DNA from: an uncultured delta proteobacterium
GTDB lineage: Bacteria > Myxococcota_A > Polyangia > Polyangiales > Polyangiaceae
Length of the DNA stretch: 64,000 bases
Direction of reading: 5' to 3'
Assembly (NCBI GenBank): GCA_963841435.1
Contig: CAWJCS010000006.1
Coordinates: 1,344,001 to 1,408,000 of the forward strand
The notes under the pieces were generated by a model. It ran no database searches and was not told where the DNA came from. It worked only from the letters and a program-made list of their open reading frames with translations. This document shows positions 31,255 through 39,978 of the stretch, one piece after another; position 1 is the stretch's first letter; each line of letters opens with the position of its first letter. The position numbers and the translations under genes are program-made.

Positions 31255-32424
31255 ATGCGACTCGCCGAGCTCGTCGGCACTCTTTCGATGGCGGTCGACG
31301 CCGGTACCGGCGTACCCGATCATCATTCGCTGCGCGGCGCGATCCTCGCGGTGCGGCTCGCGCGCCTCGTGAGCTCGGACGACGAGATCGCTCGGCAGGC
31401 GTACTACCTGCCGTCTGCTCGCCATGGCGGGGTGCACGGCCGGGTCGGACATTTCCGCGCGCGCGTTCGGCGACGAGGTGGCGATCGGCACCGAAGCCTA
31501 CGGGCTCGATTACGGCAGCCCAGCCGAGATGCTGCCGGTCATGATGCGTCTGGTGCTTCGTGGCCGCGGCCCCTTGAGCGCCCTACGGGCTCTGGGGCGC
31601 TCGCTGAACAATCTCCCGAAGACCGTGGAAGTCGGTCGGGCACACTGCGAGGTGGCGACGCACCTGGCCGAGCGCTTCGGCTTCGATGAGCCTTTTCGGG
31701 CTGCGCTCTTCCAGGCTTTCGAGCGCTGGGACGGCAGCGGCAAGCCGCTCAAGCCAAGGGGCGAGGCGATCGCGTTGGGGATGCGCATTGCCCAGGTGGC
31801 GATCGATGCCAACATCGGCCACCGGTTGGGCGGCGTGGACGGCGCCGTGGCCCTCGTGCGCAAGCGCGCGAAGCGAGGCCTCGATCCCGAGCTCGTCGAG
31901 AGGTTCGCTGCGGCCGCCGCCGATGTCTGCGCGCCGCTCGGTGACCCGTCGCCCTGGGCGGCCGCGCTCGCCGCGGAACCGGAACCCCACCGAACCGTCG
32001 AGGGCGAGGCCATCGATCATGGTTTACGCGCCATCGCGCACTTTAGCGACATCAAGTCGCGCTTCACGCACAGTCATTCCACCGGAGTCTCGACGCTCGC
32101 GAGCACGGCGGCGCAACGCCTCGGGCTCGGAGCCGAGGCCGAGCTCACCCTCGCACGAGCCGGGCTCGTCCACGACGTGGGGCGCGTCGCGGTCACCGCC
32201 GCAGTTTGGGAAAAGACCGAGCCCTTGACCGACACGGAGCGCGAGCAGATCCGCCTGCACACCTACGTGGGCGAGCGCGTCCTCGCCCGGGCAGCGAGCC
32301 TCGCTTCGGCCGTGGAGGTCGCCACGCTCGCGCCCCGACAGCGTGGCGGCCGTGCTCGGCGCGGCAGGGCATGCCGTGCGCGCACCGGAGCGCCCGAGCG
32401 GGCTCACCAATCGCGAGGTCGAGC
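31255..32424 (+). pseudogene. HD-GYP/HD-domain + LuxR-HTH regulator; frameshifted, internally deleted and truncated
   Basis: MRLAELVGTLS..., ERWDGSG, HDVG; extra T near 31414; jump from EVATLA to PDSVAAVL near 32332; LuxR start GLTNREVE cut by the convergent gene. Confidence 0.8.
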
Positions 32425-33705
32425 CTAGGGGACGAGACCCTCGAGCAAGCCGGCGGCCACGCGCGGTGCATCGTAGCGGCCCAGCGCTTCACCGATTGCC
32501 TTGGCGCGTGCCGCGTAGCTTCCGTCTGCGAGCACCTTCTGCACGGCAGCGCGGATTTTCTGCGGCCGCGGCGTGTGGGCCTTCAGATCGACGCCGGCCC
32601 CTGACCAGGCGACGCGCGCGCAGATATCGGGTTTCTCCTCGGTGCGACCGGCGCAGACGAGCGGCACCCCGTAGCGGAGCGCCATCTGGACGCCACCATA
32701 ACCAGCATTCGTGATCATGGCGCCGACGTGAGGCAGGAGGTGGTGGTACGAGACGAAAGGCTCGACGCGGACGTTCGCGGGCAGAGGCCTATCGATGGTG
32801 CTGCCGCCGGTCGTCACGACGACGAGCATGTCCTCTCCTTCGAGCGCCCCGAGCGTGGGCAGGATGAGCTCGCCAGGGTCGGAGCGCACGGTTCCTTGCG
32901 TGACGAGCACCACCGGGCGTCCCGCGCCGAGCTCTGACCACCACGGCGGCGGCGCGAATGATTCGGGCACGGGTGGCAGCAGCGGACCGATGAAATGAAC
33001 CTTCGACGGGAGCTCGTTGCGCGGGTACTCGAACTCGGGGGCCGTGGCTTGAAGCCACACGTCACAGACCTCGAGCGACCAGTCGGCGAACCAACGCCCG
33101 GCGGGGGGCAAACCCAAGCTCGCCCGCACCTCGTCGCCGTGGCGAGTGGCCTCGTTCAAGAGCATGGAGCTCATGAACCAGGTGAGCATGCGATTGCGGA
33201 GCCGACCCAACGTGCCCGCGAGCGGTTTCAAACCGAGACCGAACGGGGGCACGTCGGGAGCGCTGAGGCCCAGGACGCTGATCGCAAACACCGCGCGCGG
33301 CAGGCTCAGCTTCTCGCAGGCGTAGAGCGCGCCCAGCGTCACGTTGTCCGAAAGCACGACGTCCACGGGATGGGCGTCGAGCAGCTCGCGAATGTCCTCG
33401 TACTCCTTGAGCGCGACGTCGTAGCAGAGGTGCCGAACGTCGAACTTCGCGGCCGCGAGCCCCCTGAGCTTCTCGGCGTTCGGGTCGATGGACGCGCGAT
33501 AGCCTTGCACCGTGTCACGACCGCCGTAGTCCGGTGGGCGCTTGACCGGCGCATGCTCGGCGCCGGTCGCTCTCACAGCTTCCGCGAACGCGGTTCCCGT
33601 ATACCAGGTGACGCGATGGCCGCGCGCGACCAGCTCTCGAGCGAGAGGCAGGAGCGGATTGACGTGACCGTGCGCCGGCTTGGTGCAAAAGAGAAAGGCC
33701 GCCAT
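32425..33705 (-). CDS. GT1 (MGT/UDP-glycosyltransferase) family glycosyltransferase
   Basis: HGHVNP, VTQGT, ITNAGYGGV, GVPLV, EEK. Confidence 0.9.
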   Translation of the reverse strand: MAAFLFCTKPAHGHVNPLLPLARELVARGHRVTWYTGTAFAEAVRATGAEHAPVKRPPDYGGRDTVQGYRASIDPNAEKLRGLAAAKFDVRHLCYDVALKEYEDIRELLDAHPVDVVLSDNVTLGALYACEKLSLPRAVFAISVLGLSAPDVPPFGLGLKPLAGTLGRLRNRMLTWFMSSMLLNEATRHGDEVRASLGLPPAGRWFADWSLEVCDVWLQATAPEFEYPRNELPSKVHFIGPLLPPVPESFAPPPWWSELGAGRPVVLVTQGTVRSDPGELILPTLGALEGEDMLVVVTTGGSTIDRPLPANVRVEPFVSYHHLLPHVGAMITNAGYGGVQMALRYGVPLVCAGRTEEKPDICARVAWSGAGVDLKAHTPRPQKIRAAVQKVLADGSYAARAKAIGEALGRYDAPRVAAGLLEGLVP

Positions 33706-33956
33706 GAACCCTCGCGGGCATCTTAACACTACTGTCAGAGTCTTGGAGGAACAGATCACGATCCAGCAGAGAGAACATGAGCCACGAAAGCAACTGGCGC
33801 GGCCAGCGGGCGGCCGCCTTCGAGCACGAAATGGACGCAAGACGTGGGCGCCGCCGTCCGAAAAGTTCGCCGCTCGCCAATCTGCGAATTTCTCGAAGGA
33901 AACGCGAATCTCTGACAGTAGTGATTAAGGCCTACGGCGCCGGAGCAAAACCCCTT

Positions 33957-34919
33957 CTAGTCAGTCCGCACACACGTATAGTCGCACTCGGGGTCGGTCG
34001 TTCCGGCGAGCCCGGCGAGCACGCGGAAGTTCTGGCCAATCGGGCAAAGCGTCACCCCGGTGAGTTGCATGACCGGCGACATCGAGATGCCGGGGGTCGG
34101 GTCGCTGAGGCAGTCGAATCCGCCCACGACCCAATCGGAGTCGAGCTCGCAGGCGTACTCGCCAGGGCGAGTCAGGTTCGTGAACATGACGGCGCCGGTG
34201 GCGTGGTCCACGGTGACGACCGTGAGCTCGTCCCCAGCGTCGGGACAATGGGAGGCGCAGGCACCAGCGTTGCACTCTCCTCCGCAATCGACGTTGCGGG
34301 AAAGGACCCGGCCGGTCGGGAAGAGGTCGTAGCAGCGAGGATCGGGGTTGGGCTGGCCGCAGAAGAAGCCCGACGCAGGAGCTTTCTCACAGTAATATTC
34401 GACGAGGTTTCCGTCGGCGTCGCACTCGTCCGTGAAAGTGCCGTCGGTGCCAGTCGTCGTGCTGGGCGTCGTATGGCCGCTGAGCTCGGCGTCTTCGTCC
34501 GGATCGTCACAGAGCGGCGCGCCGGCAGCCCCGCCGATGCCGCCCTGCGCGCCTCCGGTCCCGGCCCCGCCGGCCTGTCCTGCAACGCCGCCTTGGCTCA
34601 TGCTTCCCGCGTCGCCGGCCGCGCCAGCCTGTTCGGTGCCGCCCGTTGCTCCGGCCGTGCCAGCGCTATCCGTCCCGCCGGATCCCGGAGCACCGCCCTC
34701 GTCGGCGCCCGCGTTGCCGCCCGCGTTGCCGCCGTTGTCCGTTCCGCCCGCCCCGGCGCGCCCGGCTCCACCTGCTCCGCCCGTGCCTCCGCGGCCCGAC
34801 TGCGAGCCCGCCGCGCCGCCCGAGCCTTCGGCAGCTCCCCGCCCGGCGCTCTTTCCACACGACACGGTGGCGAGCACCGCCAGCGCCACTAGCACACGTT
34901 TGCGGACCTCCCGACGCAT
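33957..34919 (-). CDS. Cys-rich lipoprotein, hypothetical
   Basis: TVSC lipobox, Gly linker, DEC...LVEYYC Cys-rich module. Confidence 0.7.
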   Translation of the reverse strand: MRREVRKRVLVALAVLATVSCGKSAGRGAAEGSGGAAGSQSGRGGTGGAGGAGRAGAGGTDNGGNAGGNAGADEGGAPGSGGTDSAGTAGATGGTEQAGAAGDAGSMSQGGVAGQAGGAGTGGAQGGIGGAAGAPLCDDPDEDAELSGHTTPSTTTGTDGTFTDECDADGNLVEYYCEKAPASGFFCGQPNPDPRCYDLFPTGRVLSRNVDCGGECNAGACASHCPDAGDELTVVTVDHATGAVMFTNLTRPGEYACELDSDWVVGGFDCLSDPTPGISMSPVMQLTGVTLCPIGQNFRVLAGLAGTTDPECDYTCVRTD

Positions 34920-35081
34920 ACTCAGTAAGGGAAGCACGCAACAGCCGTTCCTGCAACGGCGCCGGGCTCATCGCACGAGCACGCTGGCTCGGGCATGGGG
35001 CACGTTCTTCTGGCCGCGTGGGTGATGAACCGTGAGAAGAAGCCTCGGCCGGAGGCGAAGGTGAAGAGGTGAAGGGGGGTC

Positions 35082-35209
35082 GTGAAGGGCGCAGAAGGTG
35101 AAGGGCGCAGAAGGTGAAGGGCGCAGAAGGTGAAGGGCGCAGAAGGTGAAGGGCGCAGAAGGTGAAGGGCGCAGAAGGTGAAGGGCGCAGAAGGTGAAGG
35201 GCGCAGAAG
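35082..35209 (+). repeat. Perfect 16-bp tandem repeat GTGAAGGGCGCAGAAG x8
   Basis: Units start at 35082, 35098, ... 35194. Confidence 0.95.
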
Positions 35210-35408
35210 GTGAAGGGGGAGAGTGAAGCGATCGTGAAGAGGGGAGGGCGGGGGCTTCTGCTTGCTGGGCCAGGGTGCCAGCGTGCTCGGCCGCGTCCAG
35301 GCCGGGGCCGCGCTCACGCGCGGTGCGCTGCGCGCAGCCTGGACACGGCCTGCGCGCGCTGACGGGAGGGTGGGGCTCGCAAGAAGCGGGCGGAAGGAGA
35401 AGGCACTC

Positions 35409-35735
35409 ATGGCTCTTCAGGTTGCATCGCTCAGTATCGAAGCAGTGGAGGCGCTCAGGCCGCTCGTGCCGCGCATCAAGCGGCATGATCGGTCGCTGGC
35501 CGATCAGCTCGTTCGCGCTGCAAGCAGCGTGGCGCTGAACATCGCCGAGGGGGAGCATTCGGATCCCGGGAACCGCCGGGCGCGGTTCTATTCGGCGGCG
35601 GGGAGCGCGAATGAAACGCTGGCCGCGTTGAAGGTCGCTGCGGCTTGGGGCTACTTCCCGGCAGGAGAGGCCGAGGCGGCGGCGGTGTTGTTGCGAAGGA
35701 TCATCGGGATGCTTTGGAAGCTCACGCGGGGGTGA
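35409..35735 (+). CDS. Four helix bundle protein (23S rRNA IVS protein/bAvd-like)
   Basis: LADQLVRAASSVALNIAEG, FYSAAGSANET; AGGAG RBS. Confidence 0.9.
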   Translation: MALQVASLSIEAVEALRPLVPRIKRHDRSLADQLVRAASSVALNIAEGEHSDPGNRRARFYSAAGSANETLAALKVAAAWGYFPAGEAEAAAVLLRRIIGMLWKLTRG

Positions 35736-36165
35736 TCTCAGTGAGGCCGATCCCGAAGGCCAAACGGGACTTGGGCAGTCGAAGGGGGAAGAGGATCGTA
35801 AACGCCGGGCGCGCGCGCTGATCCTTCTCGCGTGTGGCGCATCCGCGCCGAAGGGCAGCGCGACCCCTTCGGTGCAGTCATCGCCTGCTTCCAAGGCGTC
35901 GAGTACGGTAGCGCGCGCAATGGCGGACTTGCTCAACAAGCAGGGGTTCACATTGGGCGCCACCATCGAAAGCACCGAGCAGGCCTGCCGCTTGGCGGGC
36001 GGCACGCGCACCCGCGTGCCTTGCGATTGATGCGGTATTTTGCTCTGCAGTGACCGATGCCGCCGCGGAAGCTGAGAGGCTTCCCGGCGTTTCGGCGTCA
36101 CTGCGGCCGGCATGCGGCTTGCTACCAAAGCTCCGCGAACAGACTCCGAAGCCAGGGAGCCAGAG

Positions 36166-36708
36166 ATGCGTCACTTTCCCGAGCCAGCCGTCGAGCATCG
36201 ACTCCTCGTCGTGGCGGAAGCCTCGGCCCCTTGCGGCACCTGGGAGGCGCAGGCGCCCCGCGGTGACGTGGTCGTGATCTCCCAGCTCTGCGAGGAAACT
36301 AGTGGTGTTTTTGCCAACCGGCTCGCGGGTCGCATCGAGCGTCTCCGGCTCGCCGGCTTTCGCCCCGATGCGATCATTCTGGCGACAGGACCCGAGGACG
36401 CGAGCGTCGCGGTCTCTCCGCGCATCGCGATGGTCCGGGCGTTGCTCGGGGCGTTCTCTCCGAAGAGGCTGGTGCTCGGGGCTGCCTCGAGCGGCCCGGC
36501 GCCCGCACACTACGAGCTAGAAGCGCTGGCCGCGACCGTGCGGGAGGCGGCTCCCGCGCTCGACGTGCAGGTGGCCGTTGCCCCTGTCGCGCCAGCGCCG
36601 CTCGAGACGGCGAGTGCGCGTCCGGCGCGCGAGGCATCGGGGACTTACCCACGCGCTCGGTTGGCAAGCGACCCCGAGCCGGCGGACAAGGCTCGTCTCA
36701 CGGCCTGA
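36166..36708 (+). CDS. Hypothetical protein
   Basis: 180 aa, GGGAG RBS before ATG, protein-like composition. Confidence 0.6.
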   Translation: MRHFPEPAVEHRLLVVAEASAPCGTWEAQAPRGDVVVISQLCEETSGVFANRLAGRIERLRLAGFRPDAIILATGPEDASVAVSPRIAMVRALLGAFSPKRLVLGAASSGPAPAHYELEALAATVREAAPALDVQVAVAPVAPAPLETASARPAREASGTYPRARLASDPEPADKARLTA

Positions 36709-36870
36709 CTCGATGGGGAGGCACTGTGCCCCAGGTGAGACAACGTGCCATGGTCGTCGGGCCGGCCGGCGCCCCGTTCCAGCGACGCGGCAATCAGCCG
36801 GTGTCCCACCCCTGGTTCTGCAGAAATCCCTCCGGGGAATGGAAAGGTCGCCATCAGGCTCCCGAGCTGG

Positions 36871-36958
36871 GGGGAGGTGAAAGGGGGGACCGGGGTGGCT
36901 GGTGAAGGTGAAGGTGAAGGGGAAGGGAAAGGGGAAGAACGGGAATGGGGAGAGAGGG
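36871..36958 (+). repeat. Purine-rich GGTGAA/GGGGAA low-complexity tract
   Basis: GGTGAAGGTGAAGGTGAAGGGGAAGGGAAAGGGGAA; related to the tracts near 35058 and 39494. Confidence 0.7.
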
Positions 36959-37015
36959 CGTCCCGTCAGCACGCGCAGGGAAGGGCTCAGGCCGCTCGGC
37001 GCAAGGTTGCGCGTG

Positions 37016-39319
37016 CTAGGCAGGTCGGGCGGCGCCGGACTCGAGGGTGCGTCCGAATACGAGCACGAGCGTTGCAAGCACGATAGGGACCGTGCCGACG
37101 AGCAGGAAGATCAGGTCCCCGACGATGCGGATCGCTTCGAGGGTGTGAAATGTCCCGCCCGTCAAATATTCCAGTCGGCGCCCGTGCCAGTAGCCATGCG
37201 TCAACACATCCCACAGCTGGAGCACGCCCGCCGGGAATAGATCCAAGAGGATCATCAGTCCGAGGCCAATGTTGAGCCCCCAGAAACTGCGACGGATGTG
37301 TTTTTCGACGCGGACCCAGTCTTCATCGTAGCTCAACGCCCGCAGGCAGAAGAGGAGCACCGCCAGCGCGAGCATCCCGAACACACCGAACATGGCAGCG
37401 TGGCCATGATTGGCGGTTAGAGTCGTTCCCATCTCGAAGTAGGAGACGATGGGGAGGTTGATGAGGAATCCGAACACACCCGCCCCGATGAAGTTCCAGA
37501 CGCCCACGGCGATGAGGAAGCGGATGGCCCATTTCTGCCCGGCAACGAGGGGGCGACCGCAGACGGAACAGGAGCGGTCCTCGAGTCGGACGAAATCCCA
37601 CGCCTCCAGCGTCAGCAGAGTGAGCGGCACGACCTCCAGGGCGCTAAAGCAGGAAGCCAAGCCCATGTTCAGGGTGCTCTGGCCCGTGAAATACCAGTGG
37701 TGGCCCGTGCCGACGATGCCGCCCGAGAGAAACAGGATCGCGTCGAGGTAGATGAGGCGCGTCGTGGACTTCGCTTTCACGAGCCCCAGCTGCACGAACA
37801 TGACCCCAACGAGCACGGTCGCGAAGAGCTCGAAGAATCCCTCGACCCAGAGGTGGATGATCCAGAACCGCCAGTTATCGATGATCGCGTAGTTGGTGTG
37901 GGGCCCGTAGAAGAGTGCGGGCACGTAGAAGAGCGGGATCGCAACGGCGGAGAGGAAGAACAGCGTGGGAAGCTCTCCCTTGCCCGGCTCCTTCATCGCC
38001 GGCCGGAGCGCGCGGAACATCAGGAAGAGCCAGAAGGCCAAACCCGCGGCCAGCAGCACTTGCCAAAAGCGGCCCAGGTCCAAGTACTCACTCCCTTGAT
38101 GGCCGAGCCAGAACCAGAGGCTTCCGATCGCTCCGTTGATGCCCGCCATTTCGCCGAGGAGACTCCCGAAGACGACGACGGCGAGCGCAACGAGCAGGAC
38201 TACCGCGCCGGCGCGCTGCCCTTTGGGCTCCGCGCCTCCCACGAGGGGAGCCAAGAAGAGCCCCCCCGCCACCCAGGCCGTGGCGATCCAGAAGATCGCC
38301 GTCTGCAGATGCCAGGTGCGGGCGAGGTTGTAGGGCAGGAGGCGGGTCAGATCGAGGCCGTAAAATCCGGCGGGTTCGACGCGATAGTGGGCGATGACAC
38401 CTCCCAAGGCCGCCTGCATAAGGAACAGGACGACCACCACGACGAAGTACAAGCCGAGGATCTTCTGGCTGGGCGTCAGCCTCCAATCGTTGAGTCGGCC
38501 CTCCTCAACATGCGCCTTCTGGTCGGCACCCCAGCCCAGGAACTCGAACCTCCCGAACATCGTGAGGATCAGACCGAGTCCGCACAAAAGGACGACCAGG
38601 CTCAGGGCACTCCAGAAGTAGGCCGACGCCGTGGGGGTATTTCCGGCCTCGGGATCGTAAGGCCAGTTGTTGGTGTACGAGTAGTCCGTTCCGGGGCGAA
38701 GGGCCGTCGTGGCCCACGCCGCCCAGGCGAAGTACGCAGTGAGGTCCCGTAGCTCTGCTTCGTCCTTGATGAAGTGCTTGGGCAGGCCTGCGGCTGGCGT
38801 CGTGCCGTCGAAGTAGTTCTTCCACTCCGCTCTCTGAGCGCGGAAGGAGGCCGCCTCCACCGGCGTGAACCGAAGCGTCGAAGTGGCTGGAGCGTGACGA
38901 TTCTGCTTGAGCTCGCGTTTGAGAGCTTCGCCGATCTCCAGGCGCCGGGCCTCGTCCAGAGCGCCTAGGGTGAGTCCGTATTTCGTTTGCGCCAACGTCT
39001 CTCGGCCGATCTCCACCGTGCGATGAAGATACTCAGCCGAGTAGTCGGGCCCCAGGTAAGCACCATGCCCCCAGAGCGTCCCATGCTCCATGAGCGCGTA
39101 TTTGAGGAAGACCTCCTGACCGTGCTCGATGTCTTGGCGCGTGAACAGCCGCTGCCCCGTCGCATCCACCACGGTCCCAGGGATGGGGGGCGCACCTTGA
39201 TAGGTCTTTACGGTCACCAGGCTCAGCAGCGCGAAGCCACCGAGCATGACGATCACCACGGCCCGGCGCCACCAGGGCGACAGCGGAAGGTGGTCGGGGT
39301 CAGAGTGCAACGCGTGCAT
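37016..39319 (-). CDS. norB: Quinol-dependent nitric oxide reductase (qNor, single subunit)
   Basis: WGHGAYLGPDYSA, YTNNWPYD, RTWHLQ, HLWVEGFFE, GTGHHWYF, NHGHAAMFG. Confidence 0.95.
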   Translation of the reverse strand: MHALHSDPDHLPLSPWWRRAVVIVMLGGFALLSLVTVKTYQGAPPIPGTVVDATGQRLFTRQDIEHGQEVFLKYALMEHGTLWGHGAYLGPDYSAEYLHRTVEIGRETLAQTKYGLTLGALDEARRLEIGEALKRELKQNRHAPATSTLRFTPVEAASFRAQRAEWKNYFDGTTPAAGLPKHFIKDEAELRDLTAYFAWAAWATTALRPGTDYSYTNNWPYDPEAGNTPTASAYFWSALSLVVLLCGLGLILTMFGRFEFLGWGADQKAHVEEGRLNDWRLTPSQKILGLYFVVVVVLFLMQAALGGVIAHYRVEPAGFYGLDLTRLLPYNLARTWHLQTAIFWIATAWVAGGLFLAPLVGGAEPKGQRAGAVVLLVALAVVVFGSLLGEMAGINGAIGSLWFWLGHQGSEYLDLGRFWQVLLAAGLAFWLFLMFRALRPAMKEPGKGELPTLFFLSAVAIPLFYVPALFYGPHTNYAIIDNWRFWIIHLWVEGFFELFATVLVGVMFVQLGLVKAKSTTRLIYLDAILFLSGGIVGTGHHWYFTGQSTLNMGLASCFSALEVVPLTLLTLEAWDFVRLEDRSCSVCGRPLVAGQKWAIRFLIAVGVWNFIGAGVFGFLINLPIVSYFEMGTTLTANHGHAAMFGVFGMLALAVLLFCLRALSYDEDWVRVEKHIRRSFWGLNIGLGLMILLDLFPAGVLQLWDVLTHGYWHGRRLEYLTGGTFHTLEAIRIVGDLIFLLVGTVPIVLATLVLVFGRTLESGAARPA

Positions 39320-39483
39320 CAGTCACCTGCTGGGCAATCGTCGGAGTGGATCCGGCGTAGCTGTCGCGATGGGCTTCGAGACAAGCACGGAATGGGGCGC
39401 GGCCCGCCCGATCGCCGCGCCCGCCTTTAGATTGGCAAGGGCGACCCTAGCGCATGCACGGAGCACTTGTCGCCACCCATGGT

Positions 39484-39817
39484 CCGGAGACGAAGGTGAA
39501 GTGTGAAGGGGGGTCGTGAAGGGCGCAGAAGGTGAAGGGGGAGAGTGAAGCGCGCGCTGACGGGAGGGTGGGGCTCGCGAGAAGCGGGCGGAAGGAGAAA
39601 GCACTCATGGCTCTTCAGGTTGCGTCGCTCAGTATCGAAGCAGTGGAGGCGCTCAGGCCGCTCGTGCCGCGCATCAAGCGGCATGATCGGTCGCTGGCAG
39701 ATCAGCTGGTTCGCGCTGCAAGCAGCGTGGCGCTGAACATTGCCGAGGGATCCCGGGACCCCGGCGGTGTTGTTGCGAAGGATCATCGGGATGCTTTGGA
39801 AGCTCACGCGGGGGTAG
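39484..39817 (+). repeat. Direct repeat copy 2 of four-helix-bundle cassette (deleted derivative)
   Basis: One 16-bp unit only; lacks about 35231..35350 and most of the gene's second half. Confidence 0.9.
39607..39817 (+). pseudogene. Internally deleted four helix bundle gene
   Basis: Same protein as 35409 up to NIAEG, then jumps out of frame to the last codons (VLLRRIIGMLWKLTRG). Confidence 0.9.
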
Positions 39818-39862
39818 CGTGAGAGTCCCTGGCGGCCGAGTGCCCCGCGGCCGGCCCCCGCC

Positions 39863-39955
39863 GTGTCCGGGACGAGATCGGCGTGTCCGGGACGGGCTCT
39901 GGGTGTCCGGGAAGGCCTCCTTCGCGTCGGGAAGGCCTTCGCCGTGTCGGGGACG
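39863..39955 (+). repeat. Five GTGTCCGGGA-like direct repeats at 20-21 bp spacing
   Basis: Cores at 39863, 39883, 39903, 39924, 39944. Confidence 0.7.
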
Positions 39956-39978
39956 CTGTCTGGGTCGGCTGATCACGC

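Larger units (their letters stand above)
35049..35735 (+). repeat. Direct repeat copy 1 of four-helix-bundle cassette (partner 39484..39817)
   Basis: Shared sequence from CCGGAG.CGAAGGTGAAG through AAGCTCACGCGGGGG + stop. Confidence 0.9.

Noticed and set aside
34922-36128. ORFs with LHLLRPSPSAPFTFCA repeats
   Set aside because: Translation of the non-coding 16-bp VNTR on the opposite strand
35049-39817. Diversity-generating retroelement (Avd-like gene plus repeat pair)
   Set aside because: No reverse transcriptase; differences between the copies are mainly deletions and are not adenine-specific
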